64,000 nucleotides of DNA from positions 32,001 to 96,000 of the forward strand of contig CAWDVR010000001.1 of NCBI GenBank assembly GCA_963805975.1, in the 5' to 3' direction. The DNA comes from an uncultured Acidobacteriota bacterium (GTDB lineage Bacteria > Acidobacteriota > Thermoanaerobaculia > Multivoradales > SZUA-115). Below the pieces are notes generated by a model. The model worked only from the letters and a program-made list of their open reading frames with translations, had not been told where the DNA came from and searched no databases. This document shows positions 30,408 through 42,964 of the stretch, piece after piece. Position 1 is the first letter of the stretch. Each line of letters starts with the position of its first letter. The position numbers were made by a program, and so were the translations under genes.

Positions 30408-30559
30408 CAATACCGTTCACTGAAGCCTCGTTGCTCGTCATCCCCGCGAAAGCGGGGATCCATCTGGGTCTGGTCGCCCGCCCTGGATCCCCGCTTTCGC
30501 GGGGATGACGGCAAAGAGAAGAACTCGATTGGAGGACAGTCACTAAGTGAACGGTATTG
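30408..30559. mobile_element. IS4-like MITE (152 bp) carrying a REP doublet
   Basis: Perfect 14-bp TIRs CAATACCGTTCACT / AGTGAACGGTATTG; flanking 10-bp direct repeat GGGCTGGGAC / GGGCTAGGAC. Confidence 0.75.
30436..30510. repeat. REP doublet CGTCATCCCCGCGAAAGCGGGGATCCA and its inverse
   Basis: Perfect 27-bp inverted repeat, each arm itself a hairpin. Confidence 0.9.
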
Positions 30560-30562
30560 GGG

Positions 30563-31348
30563 CTAGGACGACGCCGAGGAGTAGGCCGCCAGGCCGCGCT
30601 TCCAGATCCAGGAGACGGCGGCCGAGAGCCCGGCGGTGACCGCCGCCGCGTGCAGCAGCAGGCGCCAGCTCGGGCCGTCGAAGAGCGCCGTGGCCGGCAC
30701 CGAGGCGATGAACCCGAGGGGCAGCACGGTCAGCAGCGCCAGGCGCAGCCAGCCGCGGTAGATGCTGACCGGCCGCTCGCCCAGGTGGCTCAAGGTCCAG
30801 CTCACCTCGAGCAGGCCGTGCGTCGAATGCAGCCAGAACACGGGCAGGATGAACATCAGCCGGTTGAGGTAGATGAGGAACGTGCCGAGCGGGATCAGCA
30901 GGAGATACGCCACCACGTGGCCGGTGCCGAGCTCGCCGGGGTAGCGCGCCAGGGCCCACACGACGAGCCCCGCGGCGGCGAGCACGTTGAGGAAGGAGTT
31001 GGCCGCGAAGTCGCGCAGCGAAAGGAAATAGAGCGACGACACCGGCCGCACCAGGTAGTAGTCGAGGTCGCCCTTGTTGATAAGTAAGGGCAGTGCCCAG
31101 AGGTTGTTCGAGAAGACGGTCATGTAGATGGCGTCCGAGAGCAGGTAGGCGCAGACGAAGAGATAGATCTGATCGAGGTCCCAACCGCCCAGGAGCGGCG
31201 TCTGGCCGTAGATCACGGTGAAGAAGGCGAGGCTCACGGCGTAGTAGATGAGGTCCATGACCACTCGGAAGAAGAAGTCGAGCCGGAACTCGAAGGCACG
31301 GCTCGCCGAGTAGCGCAGGAAGTGGAGGTAGAGCGTCAGGTAGCGCAT
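30563..31348 (-). CDS. ABC-2 family transporter permease (DUF990/ABC2_membrane_6)
   Basis: EFRLDFF, GGWDLDQ, INKGDLDYYLVRPVS, RPVSIY, GLAAYSSASS. Confidence 0.88.
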   Translation of the reverse strand: MRYLTLYLHFLRYSASRAFEFRLDFFFRVVMDLIYYAVSLAFFTVIYGQTPLLGGWDLDQIYLFVCAYLLSDAIYMTVFSNNLWALPLLINKGDLDYYLVRPVSSLYFLSLRDFAANSFLNVLAAAGLVVWALARYPGELGTGHVVAYLLLIPLGTFLIYLNRLMFILPVFWLHSTHGLLEVSWTLSHLGERPVSIYRGWLRLALLTVLPLGFIASVPATALFDGPSWRLLLHAAAVTAGLSAAVSWIWKRGLAAYSSASS

Positions 31349-31404
31349 GGAATGCCCGGCGGAGCATACTGCCCCCATTGGAACGCCCCAATTCGAGCGT
31401 CCCC

Positions 31405-31454
31405 AATTCAATAGCAAGGGGCGGAGTGATCGGCCGCGGCGGCCGGCCTATCCT
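31405..31454 (+). promoter_or_regulatory. Putative Ada box and -10 of ada
   Basis: AAT-N6-GCAA at 31405-31417; GCAAG-N3-CGG; TATCCT 31449-31454, 6 nt before ATG. Confidence 0.65.
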
Positions 31455-31460
31455 GCCGCC

Positions 31461-32588
31461 ATGATGACCCAGACGATCGACCCCACCCCGGACCGGAGAC
31501 CCTTGTTGCAACCCACCCTCGACACGCTCGACGAGGCCCGCTGGCAGGCGGTCGTCGCGCGCGACGCGGCGGCGGACGGACGGTTCGTGACCGCCGTCAA
31601 GACGACCGGCATCTACTGCCGGCCGAGCTGCCCGGCACGGCGGCCGAAGCGGGAGAACGTGGAGTTCTTCCTCACCTGCGGCGAGGCCGAGGCCGCCGGC
31701 TTCCGCGCCTGCCTGCGCTGCCGGCCGGCCGGCGCCCCGCCCGCCGACGAGCGCCTGGCCAAGATCCAGCGCGCCTGCCGGCTGATCGAGCAGGCCGAGG
31801 AGCCGCCGAAGCTGGCCGAGCTGGCGGCCGCGGTGGGCCTCTCGCCCTTCCACCTGCAGCGCAAGTTCCGCGAGGCGGTGGGCGTCTCGCCACGGGTCTA
31901 CTTCGAGTCGCTGCGCCGCAAGCGGCTACAGCAGAGCCTGGAGGCCGGCCGCTCGGTGACCGACGCGCTCTACGAGGCCGGCTTCGGCTCCAGCAGCCGG
32001 CTCTACGACGCCTCGTACGATCTCCTGGGGATGACGCCGTCGCGCTACCGTGCCCGGGCGCCCGGCGAGGTGGTGCAGTGGACGGTGGCCGCCTCGCCGC
32101 TCGGCCGGCTGCTGGTCGCTGCCACGGACAAGGGCGTCTGCCGGATCGAGCTGGGCGACGACCGCGAGGCGCTCGCCCGGCGCATGGAGCAGCTCTTCTC
32201 CGAGGCGCACCTGGTCGAGGGCGGCCCGGAGCTGGCGCGCTGGGTGGAGGAGATCCTCGCCTTCCTGGCCCAGCCGGCAAAGGGCCTCACGCTGCCCCTC
32301 GACATCCGCGGCACGGCCTTCGAGCAGCGGGTGTGGGAGGCGCTACGCCAGATCCCGGTAGGCGAGACGGCGAGCTACGGCGCCGTGGCGCGGGCGCTCG
32401 GCGAGCCGCGCTCGGCGCGGGCGGTGGCGCGCGCCTGCGGCGCCAACCCGGTGGCCCTCGCCGTGCCCTGCCATCGAGTGATCGCGAGCGACGGCTCGTT
32501 GGGCGGGTATCGGTGGGGGGTGGAGCGGAAGCGGAAGCTGCTGGAGCGCGAGGGGGCGGCCGGTGCGCCTGCTATAAACCCGGCATGA
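31461..32588 (+). CDS. ada: Bifunctional transcriptional activator / O6-methylguanine methyltransferase Ada
   Basis: GIYCRPSC...GFRACLRC Zn site, AraC HTH, VPCHRV. Confidence 0.96.
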   Translation: MMTQTIDPTPDRRPLLQPTLDTLDEARWQAVVARDAAADGRFVTAVKTTGIYCRPSCPARRPKRENVEFFLTCGEAEAAGFRACLRCRPAGAPPADERLAKIQRACRLIEQAEEPPKLAELAAAVGLSPFHLQRKFREAVGVSPRVYFESLRRKRLQQSLEAGRSVTDALYEAGFGSSSRLYDASYDLLGMTPSRYRARAPGEVVQWTVAASPLGRLLVAATDKGVCRIELGDDREALARRMEQLFSEAHLVEGGPELARWVEEILAFLAQPAKGLTLPLDIRGTAFEQRVWEALRQIPVGETASYGAVARALGEPRSARAVARACGANPVALAVPCHRVIASDGSLGGYRWGVERKRKLLEREGAAGAPAINPA

Positions 32589-34606
32589 AACTGTGCTATC
32601 TCGCGGCGATCGGCCTGCTCGCCGCCTGTGGCAGCCCGCAACCTGCCACGGACCCGGCCGCGCTCACCGCCGTACGCCTGGCCGAGGATCTGCGCGTCGC
32701 CGACTCGCCGGTCCTCCGCCAGGCGCTCGCCTCGCCCGACGCCACCCTGCGCGCGCGCGCCGCCCTCGCCATGGGCCGCATCCAGGCGCCCGCGTATGCC
32801 GAGCCGCTGGCCGAGCGCGCCCGCACGGACACCGACCCGAAGGTCCGGCAGGCCGCCTTCTTCGCCCTGGGCGAGCTTGGGTTGGTCGAAGGGTCCACAC
32901 CGCCACCCGCCGCGATCCAGGCCGCGGAGAGCGCGCTCTCCGATCCGGACATCACCATCGCCGCCGCGGCCGTGGAGGCTCTGGGCAAGCTGGCGGTGGC
33001 CGGGTCGGCGGCCCCTCTCACCAAGGCGTTGGCGGATGGCAGACCGGAGATCCGCCGCGAGGCGGCCTACGCCCTGTTCCGACTGCGCTTCGTGCCAGTC
33101 TGGCGGCAGGAGGCGCCCTCGCCGCCGGAGCTGCCGGCGGAGGCCGTGACCGAGCTCATCGCGGCGCTTTCTGACGCCCACCCCGAGGTGCGCCGGGCGG
33201 CGACCTACTCGTTCTCGCGCTTCGGCATGTCGCCGTCGCCGGGCCGCGAGGCGGTGGTGGCCGGCCTTGCGGCCCGGCTCGTGGACGAGGACGAGTGGAC
33301 GCGTCTCTTCGCGGCACGGAGCCTCGGCCGCGCCGGCGACCCCGGCGCAGCCACGGCGCTGGCGGTCCGGCTCGGTGACGACAGCCTCCACGTCCGCGCC
33401 GAGGCGGTCTCGGCCCTCACGGCCCTGAAGCGGTCCGACCTGCTGCCGCCCGACCTCGCCCGCGACCGCTCGTTCCACGTCCGCGCCGCCGCCGCCCGCG
33501 CGCTCGCCGACCTCGATACGCCGGCCTCGCTCGAGACCCTGCGCAACCTGCAGAAGGATTTGAGCCCCACGGTGCGCGGCGCGGCCGTCGAGGCGCTGGG
33601 CAGGCGGCTCGGGACCGGGATGCACGCCGAGATCTCGGGGCTGCTCAACGCGCCCGCCTGGACCGACCGCGTGGCCGCGGTGCGGGCAGCGGCCCACTCC
33701 GGCGCGGCCGCGCTGCCGATCCTCGAACGAGCGCTCCAGGACTCCGACCGCCGGGTGCAGACCGCCGCCGTCGAGGCCCCGGGGAGCCTGCCCGGCCCCG
33801 CGGCCGACGCCCTGTTGACGCAGGCGCTCGCGGTCGCCGACCTCGCCGTGCGCTCGACGGCGGTGGGCGCGCTGCCCAAGCGCACGAGCATGGACCGCCT
33901 GGCGCGGCTCCAGGAGGCGTACCAGGGCTCGGCGGGAGTCGATTGGATCGAGGTCCGCGAGGGGATCGTCGACGCGCTGGTCGAGCTGCTGGAAAGCGGC
34001 GGGCTCCAAGGAGCCGAGCCGGCCGGCGCACTCGGTCGGCTGCACGGGATCGCGGCCGAGGACCCCGCGCCCTCGGTGCGCGCCAAGGCGCGGCTCGCCC
34101 TGGCCAGGCGGGGCGAAGCGCTGCCGCCCGAGCCACCGAGCGCTGCCCAGCCCTCGCCCTTCCTCACGACCAGGCTCGATCGCGATCCGGTGGTGGTGAT
34201 GGAGACGAGCAAGGGGACGATCGAGATCCGCTGCTTCCACGAAGCGGCGCCTCTCCATTGCGCCAACTTCCTGGCCCTGGTGGGGAAGCGCTTCTACGAC
34301 GGGCTCACCTGGCACCGGGTGGTCTCGAACTTCGTGATCCAGGGCGGCGACCCACGGGGGGACGGCTTCGGCGGACCCGGCTACACGCTGCGCGACGAGG
34401 TGAGCCCGCTGCGCTTCGGTGCCGGCACCGTGGGCATGCCCAAGGCCGGCAAGGACACCGGCGGCGGCCAGCTCTTCATCACCCACCTGCCAACGCCGCA
34501 CCTCGACGGCAACTACACGGTCTTCGGCCAAGTGATCGCCGGGCTGCCGGTGCTGGACGCGATCGAGGTCGGCGACTCGATCGCTCGCGCGTACGTGAAA
34601 CCGTAG
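32585..34606 (+). CDS. HEAT-repeat lipoprotein with C-terminal cyclophilin-type PPIase
   Basis: LLAAC lipobox; VR..AA.ALG repeats; FYDGLTWHRVVSNFVIQGGDP, PHLDGNYTVFG. Confidence 0.9.
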   Translation: MKLCYLAAIGLLAACGSPQPATDPAALTAVRLAEDLRVADSPVLRQALASPDATLRARAALAMGRIQAPAYAEPLAERARTDTDPKVRQAAFFALGELGLVEGSTPPPAAIQAAESALSDPDITIAAAAVEALGKLAVAGSAAPLTKALADGRPEIRREAAYALFRLRFVPVWRQEAPSPPELPAEAVTELIAALSDAHPEVRRAATYSFSRFGMSPSPGREAVVAGLAARLVDEDEWTRLFAARSLGRAGDPGAATALAVRLGDDSLHVRAEAVSALTALKRSDLLPPDLARDRSFHVRAAAARALADLDTPASLETLRNLQKDLSPTVRGAAVEALGRRLGTGMHAEISGLLNAPAWTDRVAAVRAAAHSGAAALPILERALQDSDRRVQTAAVEAPGSLPGPAADALLTQALAVADLAVRSTAVGALPKRTSMDRLARLQEAYQGSAGVDWIEVREGIVDALVELLESGGLQGAEPAGALGRLHGIAAEDPAPSVRAKARLALARRGEALPPEPPSAAQPSPFLTTRLDRDPVVVMETSKGTIEIRCFHEAAPLHCANFLALVGKRFYDGLTWHRVVSNFVIQGGDPRGDGFGGPGYTLRDEVSPLRFGAGTVGMPKAGKDTGGGQLFITHLPTPHLDGNYTVFGQVIAGLPVLDAIEVGDSIARAYVKP

Positions 34607-34657
34607 CCGCTGTGGTATAAGCGCCGAAGATCGTTTCTACGTCTCCGGGGGCGTTCG

Positions 34658-35341
34658 ATGCCCATCAAGCTGCAAGGCCAGCATAGCTTCCCCGCTCCAC
34701 GCGAGGTGGTCTGGCGGGCGCTCGTCGATCCCCAGATCCTCGCCCGCACCCTGCCCGGCGCCGAGCGCCTGGTGGAGGTGGCCGAGAACCGCTTCGAAGG
34801 GCAGATCAACCTCAGGATCGGCCCTGTGCAGGGCCAGTTCGCGGGCAGCGTGGCGCTGTCCGAGGTGCGGCCCCTCGAGGGCTATCGGCTCGAGCTCAAG
34901 GGCCAGGGCGCCCCGGGCTTCGTCGAAGGCGCGGGCCGCGTCTGGCTCGAGGATGGCCCCGAGGGAACCACCGTCCTGCACTACGACGTCGACAGCCAGG
35001 TCGGCGGGCGCATCGCCGGCGTCGGCCAGCGGCTGCTCGACAGCTCCGCCAAGGTGCTGACGCGGCAGGCGCTCGAAGGCCTCGAAAAGCAGATCGCGGC
35101 CCTGGCCCCGGCGGTCGAGAGCAGCGCCCCGGGCGAGCTCACCGGTGCGGCGCCGGCTGCTGCCGCGCCCTCGCCAGTCCCGGCGGCGCCTTCGCAGGCC
35201 GCGTTCGCCTCCGAGTTCGTGAAGGGCCTGGCGGGCGAGATGGTGCCGAGAGACAAGAAGCTCCTGATCTGGCTCGGCCCGGCGCTGGCCCTGGTGGGCA
35301 TCGCCGTGCTGGTCGTGATGCGGGGCTGCGGCACGAGCTAG
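34658..35341 (+). CDS. coxG: CoxG / SRPBCC family protein with C-terminal TM
   Basis: APREVVWRALVDP...LPG, VGGRIAGVGQRL. Confidence 0.88.
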   Translation: MPIKLQGQHSFPAPREVVWRALVDPQILARTLPGAERLVEVAENRFEGQINLRIGPVQGQFAGSVALSEVRPLEGYRLELKGQGAPGFVEGAGRVWLEDGPEGTTVLHYDVDSQVGGRIAGVGQRLLDSSAKVLTRQALEGLEKQIAALAPAVESSAPGELTGAAPAAAAPSPVPAAPSQAAFASEFVKGLAGEMVPRDKKLLIWLGPALALVGIAVLVVMRGCGTS

Positions 35342-35359
35342 AAAAACAGGAGGCGGCCC

Positions 35360-35827
35360 ATGACGATCCCCATCCGAGTCGAGGTCAACGGCAAGGCGTA
35401 CGAGCGGGAGGTCGAGCCCCGGCTGCTGCTCGTCCACCTGCTGCGCGACGTGCTGGGCCTGACCGGCACCAACGTCGGCTGCGAGACCAGCCTGTGCGGT
35501 GCCTGCACGGTGTGGATGGACGGCGCCGCGGTCAAGTCCTGCACTCAGCTCGCGGTGCAGGCGGACGGCAGCTCGGTGACCACCATCGAGGGCCTCAAGA
35601 AGAACGGCAAGCTCCATCCCGTGCAGGCGGCGTTCTGGGAGGAGCACGGCCTGCAGTGCGGCTACTGCACACCGGGGATGATCATGGCCTCGGCGGCGCT
35701 CCTCGAGCGCAACCCCGATCCGAGCGAAGAGGAGATCCGCGAGGCGCTCAAGGGCAACCTCTGCCGCTGCACCGGCTATCACAACGTCGTCCGCGCCGTG
35801 CGCCGCGCGGCGCAGGAGGGGACCTGA
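35360..35827 (+). CDS. coxS: 2Fe-2S subunit of molybdenum hydroxylase
   Basis: [26 protein letters not shown]. Confidence 0.93.
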   Translation: MTIPIRVEVNGKAYEREVEPRLLLVHLLRDVLGLTGTNVGCETSLCGACTVWMDGAAVKSCTQLAVQADGSSVTTIEGLKKNGKLHPVQAAFWEEHGLQCGYCTPGMIMASAALLERNPDPSEEEIREALKGNLCRCTGYHNVVRAVRRAAQEGT

Positions 35828-35829
35828 CC

Positions 35830-38181
<2,352 letters not shown>

Positions 38182-38190
38182 GAGGGAGCG

Positions 38191-39057
38191 ATGTTCCCAG
38201 CCCCGTTCGAATACCACCGCGCCTCGAGCGTCGACGAAGCGCTCGCCCTCCTGGCCGCCCAGCCCGGCGCCAAGCTCCTGGCCGGCGGCCACAGCCTGAT
38301 CCCGCTCTTGAAGCAGCGCCTGGCGGCGCCACCGGCGCTGATCGACATCGGCCGCATCGCCGAGCTCGCCGGCATCACCGAGACGGGCGGCAAGCTGCAC
38401 GTCGGCGCCCTCACTCGCCATGCGGCGATCGCCTCCTCCGAGCTGGTGCGGCGCGCCTGCCCGCTTCTCGCCGAGGCGGCGGGCAAGATCGGCGATCCCC
38501 AGGTCCGCAACAAGGGCACCATCGGCGGCAACGTCGCCCACGCCGACCCGGCCTCGGACCTGCCGGCGGTGCTGGTGGCGCTCGACGCGACGATCCACCT
38601 GCGCGGCCCGGCCGGGCCGCGCCAGGTGCAGGCGTCCGCCTTCTTCACCGACCTCCTGACCACCGACCTGGGCGAGGGCGAGATGCTGACCGCCGTCGAG
38701 GTGCCGGTGCTCGGCATGGACACCGGCACCTGCTACCTCAAGGCCGAGCACCCGGCCTCGGGCTACGCCCTGTGCGGCGCCGCGGCCGTGGTGGGGCTGG
38801 ACGCGGACGGGCGCGCGACCCATGCCGCCCTGGCCTTCAACGGCATCGCCGCCACGCCGGTCTCGGTGCCCGGTCTCGCCGCCGCGCTCGCCGGCCGCAC
38901 GCCGGACGACGGCGCTATCGCCGCCGCCGTGGCCGGGCACCTCTCGGTGCCGGACCCGCTGGGCGACATCCACGCTTCGGGCGAGTACCGCGTGGAGCTG
39001 GCGAGGGTCTACGGCCGGCGCGCGCTCGAGCGCGCGCGGGACCGGGCGCGGAGCTGA
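38191..39057 (+). CDS. coxM: FAD-binding subunit of molybdenum hydroxylase
   Basis: LAGGHSLIP, IGDPQVRNKGTIGGN, DPASD. Confidence 0.93.
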   Translation: MFPAPFEYHRASSVDEALALLAAQPGAKLLAGGHSLIPLLKQRLAAPPALIDIGRIAELAGITETGGKLHVGALTRHAAIASSELVRRACPLLAEAAGKIGDPQVRNKGTIGGNVAHADPASDLPAVLVALDATIHLRGPAGPRQVQASAFFTDLLTTDLGEGEMLTAVEVPVLGMDTGTCYLKAEHPASGYALCGAAAVVGLDADGRATHAALAFNGIAATPVSVPGLAAALAGRTPDDGAIAAAVAGHLSVPDPLGDIHASGEYRVELARVYGRRALERARDRARS

Positions 39058-39074
39058 TTGCGCCCGCGGCTGCG

Positions 39075-39209
39075 CCCCTCACCCTAGCCCTCTCCCCGCA
39101 AGCGGGGAGAGGGGACCAGAAGGGGGCTCCGGCGCAGGTTCCGGCCTTCCCCGTCACCGAATCCGGCCCCCTCGCCCCGCGTGAGCGGGGAGAGGGCTGG
39201 GGTGAGGGG
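39075..39209. repeat. REP doublet, CCCTCACCCTAGCCCTCTCCCC family
   Basis: CCCCTCACCCTAGCCCTCTCCCCGC (39075-39099) vs GCGGGGAGAGGGCTGGGGTGAGGGG (39185-39209); internal hairpins. Confidence 0.85.
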
Positions 39210-39249
39210 TACTGGCGACCGCGTAGAATGCCCGCGAGAGGTCTTTCCC

Positions 39250-39561
39250 ATGCGTGAGGTTCTACCCGACGTCGAGCGCTGGCGTACCGCCGGTAAGCAG
39301 GTGGCGCTCGCCACCGTGGTCAAGGTCTGGGGCTCGGCGTCGCGGCCCCCCGGCTCCAAGATGGCCATCTCCTCGGCCGGCGAGATGGCCGGCTCGGTTT
39401 CCGGCGGCTGCGTCGAGGGTGCGGTTCACGAGGAGGCGCTGAAAGTGCTCGCCACCGGCGAACCGAAGCTCCTCACCTTCGGGGTCAGCGACGAGCAGGC
39501 CTGGGCCGTGGGCCTCTCCTGCGGCGGCGAGATCCAGGTCTTCGTCGAGCCTCTGGGGTGA
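39250..39561 (+). CDS. XdhC/CoxI N-terminal domain protein
   Basis: ALATVVKVWGSASRPPG, GSVSGGCVEG, GLSCGG. Confidence 0.9.
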   Translation: MREVLPDVERWRTAGKQVALATVVKVWGSASRPPGSKMAISSAGEMAGSVSGGCVEGAVHEEALKVLATGEPKLLTFGVSDEQAWAVGLSCGGEIQVFVEPLG

Positions 39562-39568
39562 GCGGGCC

Positions 39569-41500
39569 ATGAATGGCGAGATCTTCGAGGCCCTTCGCCA
39601 GTCGCTCGACGGCGAGCGGCTCTGCGCCCTGGCGACGGTCGTCGATGGCCCAGGGCTGGGCGCCGAACGCCTGCTGTGGCCGGACGGTCGCGCGCTGGGC
39701 AGCCTGGGCTCGGCGGAGCTGGACGCCGCCGCGGACACGGCCCTCCGCCGCCAGCTCGCGGTGCTGCGCAACGAACGGCTGACCCTCGACTCGCCCGGTG
39801 GCCCGGTCGAGGCCTTCGTAGAGGTCTACGCCCCACCGCCGCAACTCGTGGTGGTCGGCGCCGTCCACGCTGCGATCTCGCTGGTCGCCTTCGCCAACGC
39901 GCTCGGCTGGCGCACCTTCGTCGTCGACCCGCGCGGCGCCTTCGCGACCGCGGAGCGCTTCGCCCACGCCCACCGGCTGATCACCGAGTGGCCGCAGGAG
40001 GCGTTCGCCGGGATCACGCTCCACGAGCGGACGGCGGTGGCGTTCCTGTCCCACGATCTGAAGCTCGATCTGCCGGCGCTCCGCATCGTGCTGCGCAGCC
40101 CGGTCGCCTACGTCGGCGCCCTGGGCTCCAAAAAGACCCACGGCAAGCGCGTGGCAGCGCTTCGCGAGGAGGGATTCACCGATCAGGAGATCGGTCGCGT
40201 ACGGTCACCCATCGGCCTGCCGCTGGGCGGGCGGGCGCCCGAAGAGATCGCGCTCGCGGTGATGGCGGAGATCGTCGCGGCGTCGAACGGGGTCTCGCTG
40301 GAAGTGGTGGCAGGAGGGAAGAAGTGGATTCCCGCTTTCGCGGGAATGACAGAGCCTACTGTTGCGGAATGTCGAGCCTCCTCGCTCCGTCGTTCCCGCG
40401 AAAGCGGGAATCCATCCGCTCTCCTACGCTTCGAGCCGCTTCAGCGCGCCGAAGCCCACCAGCTTGCGCTGCTCTTCGTCCCACAGCTTCAGCCGCGCCG
40501 TCCGCAGGCTGTCGCGCACGGTGAGCCGCGTCACCTGCTGCAGCTCCGGCACGTTCTCCATGCAGTCCCGCAGCCGGTAGTTCGGGATCCGGCTCGCCAG
40601 GTGATGGATGTGGTGGAAGCCGATGTTGCCGGAGAGCCAGTGGAGCCAGCGCGGCAGGTCGTAGAACGAGGCGCCCTGCAAGCTGGCCTCGTGGAAGTTC
40701 CACTCCGGATGATCGCGCCAGTAGGTGTCCTCGAACTGGTGCTGGACGTAGAACAGCCACACTCCGATCGAGCCGCCCACCAGCGTGATCGGGAGCTGCA
40801 CTGCGAGAACGCGCCCGAGGCCGAGCGTGTACCAGCCGAGCGCGACCGCCGCGGCGAGCGCCAGGTTGGTTCCCACGACGCTCGCCCACTCCTTCTTCCA
40901 GCCGCGCGGTGCGTCGAGCGGCAGGCGGTGCTTGAGGAGGAACTGGTACGCGGGGCCGATCACGAAGAGCGTCAAAGGGTTGCGGTAGAGCCGGTAGGCG
41001 AATCGGCCCCAGAACGACCGGCTCTGGTACTCCCGCACGGTGATCGTCCGGATGTCGCCGAACTCGCGGTTGTCGAGGTCGCCCGAGCTCGCGTGGTGGA
41101 TGGCGTGGGTACGGCGCCAGTAGTGGAACGGCGTCAAGGTCACGATGCCGAGCACGAAGCCCACCGCTTGGTTGGCGCGCGCCGAGCGGAAGAACGAGCC
41201 GTGGCCGCAGTCGTGCTGGATGATGAACAGCCGCATCATCATGCAGGCGGCCGGCAGCGAGAGCGCCAGAGTGAGGAAATAGGAGACCTGGAGGCTCCAC
41301 AGCATCGCGGCCCACATCAAGGCGAAAAGAAGCGCGCTGTTGGCGAGCTGGAAGACGCTCTTCCAGGCCACGGGCTCCTTGTAGGGGGCGAGGATCTCGT
41401 TCCAGGACCGCGTGCTCGCGGTGGCATCCAACGTCGACATCGGGGGGCCTTTCTCGTCTTCGGTTGTGCTCGATGCAGGTTCGAGGCGGCCTTCTGGTAG
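39569..41500 (+). CDS. xdhC: XdhC family Moco maturation factor; homology ends near 40300 and the frame reads on through a REP and antisense to the desaturase
   Basis: [47 protein letters not shown]; no stop until 41500. Confidence 0.8.
   Translation: MNGEIFEALRQSLDGERLCALATVVDGPGLGAERLLWPDGRALGSLGSAELDAAADTALRRQLAVLRNERLTLDSPGGPVEAFVEVYAPPPQLVVVGAVHAAISLVAFANALGWRTFVVDPRGAFATAERFAHAHRLITEWPQEAFAGITLHERTAVAFLSHDLKLDLPALRIVLRSPVAYVGALGSKKTHGKRVAALREEGFTDQEIGRVRSPIGLPLGGRAPEEIALAVMAEIVAASNGVSLEVVAGGKKWIPAFAGMTEPTVAECRASSLRRSRESGNPSALLRFEPLQRAEAHQLALLFVPQLQPRRPQAVAHGEPRHLLQLRHVLHAVPQPVVRDPARQVMDVVEADVAGEPVEPARQVVERGALQAGLVEVPLRMIAPVGVLELVLDVEQPHSDRAAHQRDRELHCENAPEAERVPAERDRRGERQVGSHDARPLLLPAARCVERQAVLEEELVRGADHEERQRVAVEPVGESAPERPALVLPHGDRPDVAELAVVEVARARVVDGVGTAPVVERRQGHDAEHEAHRLVGARRAEERAVAAVVLDDEQPHHHAGGRQRERQSEEIGDLEAPQHRGPHQGEKKRAVGELEDALPGHGLLVGGEDLVPGPRARGGIQRRHRGAFLVFGCARCRFEAAFW
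40325..40414. repeat. REP doublet with ATTCCC-N8-GGGAAT core
   Basis: TGGATTCCCGCTTTCGCGGGAATGAC (40325-40350) and GTCGTTCCCGCGAAAGCGGGAATCCA (40389-40414). Confidence 0.9.
40424..41440 (-). CDS. Membrane fatty acid desaturase
   Basis: His boxes HDCGH, HAIHH, HHIHH; [10 protein letters not shown]. Confidence 0.93.
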   Translation of the reverse strand: MSTLDATASTRSWNEILAPYKEPVAWKSVFQLANSALLFALMWAAMLWSLQVSYFLTLALSLPAACMMMRLFIIQHDCGHGSFFRSARANQAVGFVLGIVTLTPFHYWRRTHAIHHASSGDLDNREFGDIRTITVREYQSRSFWGRFAYRLYRNPLTLFVIGPAYQFLLKHRLPLDAPRGWKKEWASVVGTNLALAAAVALGWYTLGLGRVLAVQLPITLVGGSIGVWLFYVQHQFEDTYWRDHPEWNFHEASLQGASFYDLPRWLHWLSGNIGFHHIHHLASRIPNYRLRDCMENVPELQQVTRLTVRDSLRTARLKLWDEEQRKLVGFGALKRLEA

Positions 41501-41592
41501 CGCCGAAGCGAGGCTAACACGGGACCTCGGGGCCGCCGCTTGATAGCATCAAACCATACAGATTCCTGACAGTTGCCGTCCCCGAGGAGCCC

Positions 41593-42864
41593 ATGACAGA
41601 GACCGCCGTCCTACCCGCCGCCACGTGCGCCCCGGGCACGCTCGACCTCGATTTCGTGCGCGCGCAATTCCCCGCCCTGGTGGACAACGACTGGGCGCTC
41701 TTCGACAACGCCGGCGGCAGCGTGCCGCCGCGGACGGTGATCGACCGCGTGACGCAGTACATGTCGCGCTACGGCGTGCAGCTCGGCGCCTCCTACGCGC
41801 TCTCGGCCGAGGCCTCGGAGCGGGTGGCAGCCGGGCGCAGGGCCGCGGCGATCCTGGTCAACGCCTCCCCCGACGAGGTCGTCCTCGGCGCTTCGACGAC
41901 CATGAACACCTTCACCCTGGCGCGGGCGCTCGCGCCGTGGTTCGCGGCCGGCGACGAGGTGGTGGTCACCAACCTCGATCACGAGTCGAACATCGGGGCT
42001 TGGCGGCGGCTCGCGGAAGGCGGGGCGGTAGTCCGGGAATGGCGCCTGCGGCCGGAGAGCGCGGCCCTCGAGCTCGAGGACCTCGATGCCCTGCTCAACG
42101 AGCGCACGCGCCTGGTGTGCTTCACGCAGTGCGCCAACGTCACCGGCCGCCTGCTGGACGCCGCGGCCGTCTGCCGCCGTGTCCACCAGGCCGGCGCCCT
42201 GGCCCTGGTCGACGGCGTGGCCTACGCGCCGCACCGCCGGGTGGACGTGAAGGAGATCGACGCCGACTTCTACCTGGTGAGCCTCTACAAGGTCTTCGGG
42301 CCCCACGTCGGGCTGCTCTACGGCAAGAGCGAGCACCTGCTGCGGGCCCGCAACATCAACCACTTCTTCTTCGGCGAGGACGAGGTGCCCTACAAGCTGC
42401 AGCCGGGCAACGTCAACCACGAGCTGACCGCGTCCCTGCCCGGCGTCCTCGACTACCTGGACGCCGTGGACCGCCATCACTTTGCGGCCGAGGAGCCGGA
42501 CACGGGCCGGCGCCTGGCGCGCACCTTCGATCTGCTGGAGCGCCACGAGGAGGCGCTGGTCTCGCCCTTGATGGAGTTTCTCTCCGCGCGGCGCGGCGTG
42601 CGAGTGATCGGGCCGCGCTCTGCCGACCGTGCGCTCCGCGTGCCGACCGTGGCGTTCGCCATTCCGGGCCGCGATGCCGCGGAGATCCCGCCCCGCCTCG
42701 ACGAGCGGCGCGTGGCCGTGCGCTTCGGCCACTTCTACGCCTACCGCGCCATGCAGGCCCTGGGGCTCGACGGGAGCCACGGTGTGGTGCGCGCCAGCCT
42801 CGCGCACTACAACACGCACGAAGAGGTGGCGCGCCTCATCCGGGCGCTCGACGAAGTGCTCTAG
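41593..42864 (+). CDS. Cysteine desulfurase-like aminotransferase class V
   Basis: FDNAGGS, LDHESNIGAW, DGVAYAPH, SLYKVFGPH (PLP Lys), RASLAHYN. Confidence 0.9.
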   Translation: MTETAVLPAATCAPGTLDLDFVRAQFPALVDNDWALFDNAGGSVPPRTVIDRVTQYMSRYGVQLGASYALSAEASERVAAGRRAAAILVNASPDEVVLGASTTMNTFTLARALAPWFAAGDEVVVTNLDHESNIGAWRRLAEGGAVVREWRLRPESAALELEDLDALLNERTRLVCFTQCANVTGRLLDAAAVCRRVHQAGALALVDGVAYAPHRRVDVKEIDADFYLVSLYKVFGPHVGLLYGKSEHLLRARNINHFFFGEDEVPYKLQPGNVNHELTASLPGVLDYLDAVDRHHFAAEEPDTGRRLARTFDLLERHEEALVSPLMEFLSARRGVRVIGPRSADRALRVPTVAFAIPGRDAAEIPPRLDERRVAVRFGHFYAYRAMQALGLDGSHGVVRASLAHYNTHEEVARLIRALDEVL

Positions 42865-42964
42865 TCGCGGGCGGGCGCTGTCACCGTCGGACCGGCCCCA
42901 CGCACAGTTTTAGCAGAGGTAGCAAGACCGCGGCGGACTCCGCCGCCGAAAAGGAGAATGACCG

